NCBI GenBank assembly: GCA_037138335.1
Contig: JBAXIO010000009.1
Location: 110,262 to 174,261, forward strand
Direction: 5' to 3'
Length of the DNA: 64,000 nt
DNA from: Bacteroidota bacterium
Lineage (GTDB): Bacteria > Bacteroidota > Bacteroidia > Bacteroidales > FEN-979
Shown here piece by piece: positions 57,436 through 64,000 of this stretch. The stretch's first letter is position 1; every line of letters begins with the position of its first letter. The position numbers and the translations under genes are program-made. The notes beneath the pieces were generated by a model. That model ran no database searches. It saw only the letters and a list, made by a program, of their open reading frames with translations, and was not told the origin of the DNA.

Positions 57436-60400
57436 TTATTTTTGGATGACCAGTTTCCTGATGAATGAGCCTGCCGCGCTTTGTATCCTTATATAGTAAA
57501 TCCCTTCGGGGTTACCGCTGATGTCGACCGGCCTCGTGGATTTTCCGCTGAGCTGCAGGCCTTTCTCTGAAAACACGGTTGATCCCAGTGAATTGAACAC
57601 ATCGATGTCGGCTGAAACAGCCGAACGGGTGTTGAATCCTATAGTAAACCTGCCGTGGGCCGGGTTAGGATATACTTCGAAGCCCAGGGCGTTGATTTCA
57701 GCTATACCGGCCGGTGCATAGAGGATAACGGTCTTTTCTTCGGAAGCAGTTGCTTCCCCGCATTCATTCTTTGCTTTCACGCTGATCTTCACCGTACCGG
57801 AGTATTTGCCGGCCCATACGGCTGTTCCTGTGAGGGCGCCGGTGATGGTGCCGGCGGCAGAAGGATCAATAACCCAGTCATATCCTGTAGCATTGGCTGC
57901 AGCTGCTGTTGTGAATTCTGTGGAAGAAACCCTGTTGGTATTCACGCTGTCGGGGCCGCCTGGTTTTGCAGCCGGAACGGGAACATCATGGATGATGACT
58001 TCCATATTTTTATTATCGGAGCAACCGTATGCCGACTGTATGGCCAGCCCTGCCGAATAAGTGCCCGGTGCCAGATAGGTATGTATTGGATTCTGAAGAT
58101 TTGAAGTGTTGTTGCTCCCCGATAAAGGGTCGCCAAAATTCCATGACCATGAAGTAATAACTGCGCCGGGATGAGTTGAGAGGTCGGTGAATGAAGTTTC
58201 TGTACCTGCGCAGCTTGCATCGTTTGCAAAAGCGGCAACAGGGTTTTCATAAACATGTATGTATGCCGGTTTGGTTAAAGTGACTGGGTTCATGCCCGTT
58301 TTTGAAACTGTGAGGGACACATCGTAGTCACCGGGGGTGGAATAAATTATTGATACAGGATTTTTAAGTGTGGATGTGCCCTGACTTGCGCCCTGGAAAG
58401 TCCACTGCCAGCCGCTGGGGGAACCGGTTGAGAAGTCGGTAAAATTAACCGGTGTGCCTGTACATACAGTGGTGATGTTTGCAGTGAAATCAGCGGAGAG
58501 GATTTGTTCAGTAACATTGATGAAGGAGGTATGGCGTTTAAAATCCTGTTTTGTAACGACCACCATGATCTTTGTGCCGACCGGAAGTGCCGGGATTGCC
58601 AGGGTGGCGGGGCCTGCTGCGCTTCCGTAAGCCGTTGCGATGATCTCATTGTTTACGGTGAGGGCAATGAATGCATTGTCATTTGCGGTAACTTCAACTG
58701 TTGTTGGGCCGGAGCCCACCGCCGACAGGTGGTTTACGGTGAGGTCGATAGGAACGGTATCGGCAAGCTGCAAAAAAGCATCCCCGTGCATATGAAACAA
58801 TCGGCAGGTTATTTGCTTATCATCCGAATTATATGGCCAGTCAGATTGTTGAAGGAAGTATTTGCCTGCAGCATTTCCAAAGGCAGGGAGCATCCCCCTT
58901 GAAACAGGAGGTGTCCCGTAATCGGGCATGAACTGGGGCCAGAGATTGTCAAAAACACCCCAGAGAAAGGTGTCATTTACAAACGATAAGGAAGTCTCCG
59001 TGGGGCAGATCAGTCCAAGTGCCCCGGCATCATGACCGTTCACGGTAAGGCGCTGAAATACTTCTGAGAAACACTGGGCAGGGCAACCCGGGGGATTATG
59101 GAATGCGCCTGTTTCGCAGTTGATTGAGAATACAAAAGGAAGAAGTGTATTTGTGAGCTGGTTGATATTTGAGATACTGTAGGAAGGTTCACCCCACTGG
59201 GTGTAGTTTCCATGATCCCTGTGAAGAAGGATGAAAGCACCTTCGTTGATCGCGGTGTTGATCTTTGCGGCTGTCCCGTCGTTGAAACCTCCGACGTCTC
59301 CCGGGTTGTTCGGAATATAATTCAATCCCGAAGGACCGAAGTACGACATGACAGTGCCTGTATTCGGCGCGGTTGACCATGGGCCGGTATTATAATTGTC
59401 GGCAGGCGAATACAGGGCATTGATCCTTTGCACATGTTTCCCAAGCTTATTCTTCCAGAAACCCCCGACAAGTTCTGAACAGAGCTGGAACCAGCGGTCA
59501 TCCTGCCATCCGAGGGCTGATATGGGGTGCATATAATAGCCCGTATCGGAGGGACGGTTTCTTTCAAAGTTTATCAAACGGCCAACCATAATTCGCAATT
59601 CAGCTGAATCATTTGCGGCAATCCTTGCAAAAACCACATCGGGCAAATCATCTCCGGTAAGATCGGCGTAATAATTGTCAGAGGCATAATCGGGATAACC
59701 ATACGGATGGGGATAAAGATGTGAGATGATATTTTTACCGGCATCACTTCCATAGTCGCCAAGCAGGAGACAGGCAGCAGGTTTGATCGTCCAGTTGGCA
59801 TAAGCGTCTGATATAAAAGCCTTAATTGCTGATTCGGTATTGCCGCCAACCTGGGTCAGTGAGAAAACCCTGGTAAGAATGCCCTGCTGGTTACGCCAGT
59901 TTTTAATAGAGTCGGCCCAGCGGAGAAAATCAGGCCCGTCGGGGCTGATGATGATATATTCACATTCATTGCCTGCGGCAGATTTTGAAGCCCTGGCCTG
60001 CTGCATCCTTTCAGGGTAATTCACTCTGGGCAGGGAAGAAAAATTCAGGATATTATCGGCCATAATAGGATCCCAGTAAGGGCTTCGGAAGGCATCATTC
60101 CCATAAACATGGCTGCCTCCCTCAAAAGTGAGGTTTATCCTGATGTTTTTATACACTTTCAGTTCCTTTGTGACCGGGTTATACTGGAAAGGTGTAATAC
60201 CCAGGATGATGACATCGCTGCCGCGTATCTGTTCCACTCTGGAGATCTGTACCGGGTTAGCAGGATAAAACGCATTGGTGTTATAGGTTACCTGGTCTTT
60301 TCTGTATACTATGTCTTTTTGAGTGTCCAGAGGGGTCTCAGGGGCACATGAAAGGTCAATGCCCCTATAGGTTTCAACTTCCAAGTCAAGGATGTTTAAA

Positions 60401-60699
60401 TGCGGAGTTGAGCCCTGGGGAATGGCAATATACCGCCCAGTGCCCGGAAGATCGGGTTTCCCTGCATCGTTGGAAAGAAACACCCCCGGAAGGTTGACTT
60501 TTTTTACAGATTGACCTTCAATGATAACAGGTTCAATGGAAAAAGTTTGAATGGAATATACAACCTGCACCATATCTGCTTTGGTCATGGACAGATTAAA
60601 ACCCTGTTTGCCCCAGCTGTTGCTGAAGGTGAAATTCCCGGCATCCATTGAAAAAGTAATGCAGACCAGGGCAGTAAACAGAAGAAAAAATCTTGTCAT
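57436..60699 (-). CDS. T9SS-secreted C25 (gingipain-like) cysteine peptidase with propeptide and PKD domains
   Basis: Propeptide (GKPDLP...PFQYNPVTKEL), LLLGD, SDNYY, catalytic HRDHG and SINCETG, two PKD repeats (FTDFS..WQWTF; FTDLS..WSWNFGD), CTD VYPNP...GIYYI...RKLVIQK. Confidence 0.88.
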   Translation of the reverse strand: MTRFFLLFTALVCITFSMDAGNFTFSNSWGKQGFNLSMTKADMVQVVYSIQTFSIEPVIIEGQSVKKVNLPGVFLSNDAGKPDLPGTGRYIAIPQGSTPHLNILDLEVETYRGIDLSCAPETPLDTQKDIVYRKDQVTYNTNAFYPANPVQISRVEQIRGSDVIILGITPFQYNPVTKELKVYKNIRINLTFEGGSHVYGNDAFRSPYWDPIMADNILNFSSLPRVNYPERMQQARASKSAAGNECEYIIISPDGPDFLRWADSIKNWRNQQGILTRVFSLTQVGGNTESAIKAFISDAYANWTIKPAACLLLGDYGSDAGKNIISHLYPHPYGYPDYASDNYYADLTGDDLPDVVFARIAANDSAELRIMVGRLINFERNRPSDTGYYMHPISALGWQDDRWFQLCSELVGGFWKNKLGKHVQRINALYSPADNYNTGPWSTAPNTGTVMSYFGPSGLNYIPNNPGDVGGFNDGTAAKINTAINEGAFILLHRDHGNYTQWGEPSYSISNINQLTNTLLPFVFSINCETGAFHNPPGCPAQCFSEVFQRLTVNGHDAGALGLICPTETSLSFVNDTFLWGVFDNLWPQFMPDYGTPPVSRGMLPAFGNAAGKYFLQQSDWPYNSDDKQITCRLFHMHGDAFLQLADTVPIDLTVNHLSAVGSGPTTVEVTANDNAFIALTVNNEIIATAYGSAAGPATLAIPALPVGTKIMVVVTKQDFKRHTSFINVTEQILSADFTANITTVCTGTPVNFTDFSTGSPSGWQWTFQGASQGTSTLKNPVSIIYSTPGDYDVSLTVSKTGMNPVTLTKPAYIHVYENPVAAFANDASCAGTETSFTDLSTHPGAVITSWSWNFGDPLSGSNNTSNLQNPIHTYLAPGTYSAGLAIQSAYGCSDNKNMEVIIHDVPVPAAKPGGPDSVNTNRVSSTEFTTAAAANATGYDWVIDPSAAGTITGALTGTAVWAGKYSGTVKISVKAKNECGEATASEEKTVILYAPAGIAEINALGFEVYPNPAHGRFTIGFNTRSAVSADIDVFNSLGSTVFSEKGLQLSGKSTRPVDISGNPEGIYYIRIQSAAGSFIRKLVIQK

Positions 60700-60765
60700 A
60701 AAGAGTGATGCATGATAAGTTAATACAAGATGTGGTGAAACACTCTTATAAATGGTTATCTGTGA

Positions 60766-62883
60766 TTATTTGACAATAAGTTTTGTCCTTGCTTTCAGGC
60801 TTGCACCCTCTATTTCAATAGTATAAACCCCCGTAGGGATTTTGGGCAGGTTCAGGGTAAGCGGTTCCGGCTCAGAAAGGCTCATGTTTTCCCATGTTTT
60901 AACGATCTGTCCATAAGTATTGATCAGGCAGATACTGACATTGGAACCTAAAGCCGTTCCGGCTTTCAGGGTGACCTTTCCTGAACATGGGTTCGGGTAA
61001 GCAGTTAAATTTGCGATGCTTTGCTTATCCTGGATTCCAACAGGAATATTCTCAGTGTAGACCCAGAGTGAGGGGTCGCCAAGTAAAGTGCAGTCATAAT
61101 GGCACCAGCGCTGGGCCCCCGGTTCAAATTCACCCGGAAGATTCACCCATGGGGCCGTTTTAATCTTCGACATCATATGGGCTGCGCCAATTTCATGGAT
61201 CTGTTCTGAAACGGTATCGTTATAGATTGCACTTACAAATTCCCTGTTCAGGTGGGCTGAAGGCCCTTCGGTAGTACCCTGGTCAAACCATCCGTACCTT
61301 GAATTAAAGATCCCGCCTGCAAGAAAATTCTCAATCAGCACCATTTTTTCGGCAATACAGTCGTTGGCATCGAAAGCGCCGCAGTCGCATCCATGGGTAT
61401 ACATCAGGGTGTAATTATGGGTGACGCCGTTCAGTGCATAGAAATTCGCATTGGTGATATCACCCATGTTGAGCCTCATAACATAAACCTCGTTTGCATG
61501 ACCGGCATGATAAATAAATGAGGGCCCGTTGTTTATCCTGTTAAAAAGTTCACTAAGCGTCCAGGTATAACTAACAGGGCCGCCGGGGCTGGCAAGGGTA
61601 TCATATAATCTGTCGATATGGTTGTAGGCTGATGGTATGCCATGTGTAAAATAACCGTTGTCGACATGGTCATCAACCAGGAGATTCAGGTAATCCTGGC
61701 CCAAAGTCCAGCGAGGTGTCGATGAATCCATAAATTCAGCAACAATGAGAGGTTGTGCCTGCTCGTTGAATTTCTGGTGGGCGCGGTACCATATCGTTTT
61801 ATGGATGATGTTTGCCTGCTCCTGGGCTGTGCCAAACGGTAGCCTGCCAACAGATACTTCAGGAAGCAGATCTGCATCATCGGCTAACTCACCGTAAACT
61901 CCATTGGCATTTGCGTCGTAATTCCCATCCATTCCCGAATAATAGATGTCGGCAGGAATATCCCAGCTGGTATAGCCTGACCCGGAATTCACATGGCAGT
62001 AAAAACCGCGACAGGGAACAATGTCGACATCACCTCCAAGCAGGGCATACTCTATGCCTTTCTGCTGGTATTCCTGTTTGATCAGGTTACGTATTTTATC
62101 CTGGTTGTCAATTCCGCTGATAGTTGAATAAATGTTCTCGACAGTAAAGATCTGTGAACTGATCCCAAGTGAGTCATACATATGGACGAGAGGGGCGAAC
62201 CCGGTTGCAAAATTTTCCCCGGTAATTATCAGTACCTGGTAACCGCTGGCAGCGCTTTTCTTTGCAGGATAATTCTCCATCAATTCAGTATTCTGGGCGA
62301 ATTGCCTGATCCTGTTCCTGGCTTTTTCAGATGGGGAAAGATTTTTCAGGGCTTCTGCCGAAGCGGAAGATTTTACAGTGGATATTGTTATTGTGACATC
62401 TGAATAATATCCGGCTTTCTGAAGGGAAGGATAATATATCAATGGTGTGAACGTGCTCAGCGCAAAAGCGTAACCGTTAAGATATGAGGTGGTAAGATCT
62501 CCTTTTGGCGTAAGCGGGTAGGCAGCGGAAGAACTGTATGCAGCTTCGTTTTTAAGAAATTTCCCATTGTCTCCCTTTGAAATGGGGCTTATATCCTGTT
62601 GGGGCTGGATACTGTAATTCCCGGGCAATTCTACATAACCTGAGCCTTGCATGAGAATCCCTGTTGCTGATTCTCCCGCGGGGAGCATAAGGGAGATTGC
62701 CTGCCAGGGCAGCATAGGCTCTCCCGGCTTTCCCGACAACAAGGTATGGTCAAATGAGATTGTAAGGTAAATTCCGTTGCTTTTTATATCAGGTTTCCCG
62801 AAATGGTAGGTTTTTATAACAGTACCGGCATATAATGATAGGTTCAGTATGCAGGCAAGTGCAAAAATGATATTTTTTCTCAT
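60766..62883 (-). CDS. T9SS-secreted C25 (gingipain-like) cysteine peptidase
   Basis: Signal peptide from ATG 62883; GEPMLP; YALLGGD; PADIYY; VSVGRLP; HAGHA and THGCDCG catalytic motifs; LLGDPSL; CTD AYPNP...GVYTI...KLIVK. Confidence 0.88.
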   Translation of the reverse strand: MRKNIIFALACILNLSLYAGTVIKTYHFGKPDIKSNGIYLTISFDHTLLSGKPGEPMLPWQAISLMLPAGESATGILMQGSGYVELPGNYSIQPQQDISPISKGDNGKFLKNEAAYSSSAAYPLTPKGDLTTSYLNGYAFALSTFTPLIYYPSLQKAGYYSDVTITISTVKSSASAEALKNLSPSEKARNRIRQFAQNTELMENYPAKKSAASGYQVLIITGENFATGFAPLVHMYDSLGISSQIFTVENIYSTISGIDNQDKIRNLIKQEYQQKGIEYALLGGDVDIVPCRGFYCHVNSGSGYTSWDIPADIYYSGMDGNYDANANGVYGELADDADLLPEVSVGRLPFGTAQEQANIIHKTIWYRAHQKFNEQAQPLIVAEFMDSSTPRWTLGQDYLNLLVDDHVDNGYFTHGIPSAYNHIDRLYDTLASPGGPVSYTWTLSELFNRINNGPSFIYHAGHANEVYVMRLNMGDITNANFYALNGVTHNYTLMYTHGCDCGAFDANDCIAEKMVLIENFLAGGIFNSRYGWFDQGTTEGPSAHLNREFVSAIYNDTVSEQIHEIGAAHMMSKIKTAPWVNLPGEFEPGAQRWCHYDCTLLGDPSLWVYTENIPVGIQDKQSIANLTAYPNPCSGKVTLKAGTALGSNVSICLINTYGQIVKTWENMSLSEPEPLTLNLPKIPTGVYTIEIEGASLKARTKLIVK

Positions 62884-63022
62884 GGCGATGATACAGGTTT
62901 GTTTAGTTTTCTGACAACAAAGGTACTTAAAAGTTGCTTTAATGAACATATAATCAGATGAAGCCGGAGTGGATTGTTCCCGGGAAGTGCCATTCAATGG
63001 GTTCAACAACATGCTTGTGCTG

Positions 63023-64000
63023 TTACAGCCTTGACAGGGCAAAGGCGTATGCTCCCAGGGAGACCGCTGCAGAAGTCCCGAGCCTTGAAACCCCGACCCC
63101 GATTTTCTTCTGGGGGTCATACTGGACCGTAGTTTCAGAGAAAGGAACCTGGATCCTGCCCGAGCCGGAGTAAAGAAATTTCTTAAATTCTTCCGGTTCC
63201 TCCAGGTTATACACTTCCACTTCCAGCCTCGGCAGGGGGTGCCCGCTCATGGTTGCGAATGGAAGGTTCATTTCCTCTACCAGTTTTGGAAGGAACAGGG
63301 GATAGGCCCCCGATAATCCGCCACCGATAACCACAAGCCCGTCAACCAGGGTGATTGCATTTGCAATGGTATCCGCGGCATCCGTGGCAAAGGACCTGAA
63401 AGCTTTGATCGCTGCTTCCTTATTGCCGGGCTTCTGCCCAAGGCCAATAGCACAGATCTCTTTGGGTTCAGGCACCGAACCGATATTCAGGCCGGTGAGA
63501 CTGGCATATTCGCGCTTCAACCCCCTGATACTTACACTTTCCTCGGCATCCCAGTTTTTATATGTGCGGTTACGGGAACGGTTTATCTCCCCCCCGGCCG
63601 AATTATCCCCGAAAAACAGCCCGTTACGGCCTACAATCCCGCCTCCGAAACCCGTCCCGAAAGTGACCCCGAGCAGGTTCCTGTATTCCTTTGGATTGCC
63701 TGAAGCACGCAGTTTTGCATTGATCTGCGGCAGCAGCCCGAACATGGCTTCGCCATAGGCAAACAGGTCCCCGTCGTTGAGGATGAATACCGGGATGCCA
63801 AATTGTTCCTGCAGCATGGTCCCCAGGGCAACACCACCCCGGAAGAAAGGCAGGTTCTGAAGGTCCCCGATGATCCCGTTCTCATAGTCGGCAGGGCCTG
63901 GGAAAGCAAAACAGATTGCCGCAGCCTTATCATGGAGATTGGCCTGGACAAGCTGGAATCCTTTAATTATGGTTTTAAGTATTTCCTCAAGTGAATTAGC
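63023..64000 (-). CDS. ROK-family sugar kinase; 5' end beyond the window
   Basis: Frame is open to base 64000: FAFPGPADYENGIIGDLQNLP, ILNDGDLFAYGE, GVTFGTGFGGG, SAGGEI, VIGGGLS. Confidence 0.9.
   Translation of the reverse strand, partial: ANSLEEILKTIIKGFQLVQANLHDKAAAICFAFPGPADYENGIIGDLQNLPFFRGGVALGTMLQEQFGIPVFILNDGDLFAYGEAMFGLLPQINAKLRASGNPKEYRNLLGVTFGTGFGGGIVGRNGLFFGDNSAGGEINRSRNRTYKNWDAEESVSIRGLKREYASLTGLNIGSVPEPKEICAIGLGQKPGNKEAAIKAFRSFATDAADTIANAITLVDGLVVIGGGLSGAYPLFLPKLVEEMNLPFATMSGHPLPRLEVEVYNLEEPEEFKKFLYSGSGRIQVPFSETTVQYDPQKKIGVGVSRLGTSAAVSLGAYAFALSRL

Noticed and set aside
1-64000. Mobile elements, prophage, defence systems and sigma-54 promoters
   Set aside because: No transposase, integrase, phage, restriction-modification or toxin genes were recognised. 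No convincing TGGCAC-N5-TTGC site was noticed in intergenic regions, though the manual scan was not exhaustive.

Overview
Chromosomal window from a Bacteroidota bacterium, probably an anaerobic Bacteroidales-like lineage. The assignment rests on many TAnnTTTG -7 promoter boxes, type IX secretion (T9SS) C-terminal domains and Bacteroidota gene order (metG-S66-yraN; flippase-dut-TPR-DUF4292-envC). It holds about 45 protein genes and one tRNA-Arg(CCT). These include several two-component systems (one a 1,895-aa soluble multi-PAS/GAF kinase), rpoN, a LytS/LytTR-linked TolC/MacAB-like efflux operon, a six-gene Hyf/Ehr membrane complex, a TonB-dependent receptor and three T9SS cargo proteins (two gingipain-like C25 peptidases). 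No integrase, transposase, phage or CRISPR array was seen. Most notable: (1) the Ehr complex lacks the NiFe ligands in its large subunit and all four proximal Fe-S cysteines in its small subunit; (2) a 166-aa leader-like ORF ending in PPP (a C9 tract) precedes the TonB receptor, resembling a CruR/DUF2946-type ribosome-stalling regulator; (3) six short 7/8-bp tandem arrays, four with inverted arms, sit in 5' UTRs, around yraN and in frame inside two proteins. All calls come from reading motifs by eye; no database searches were run.
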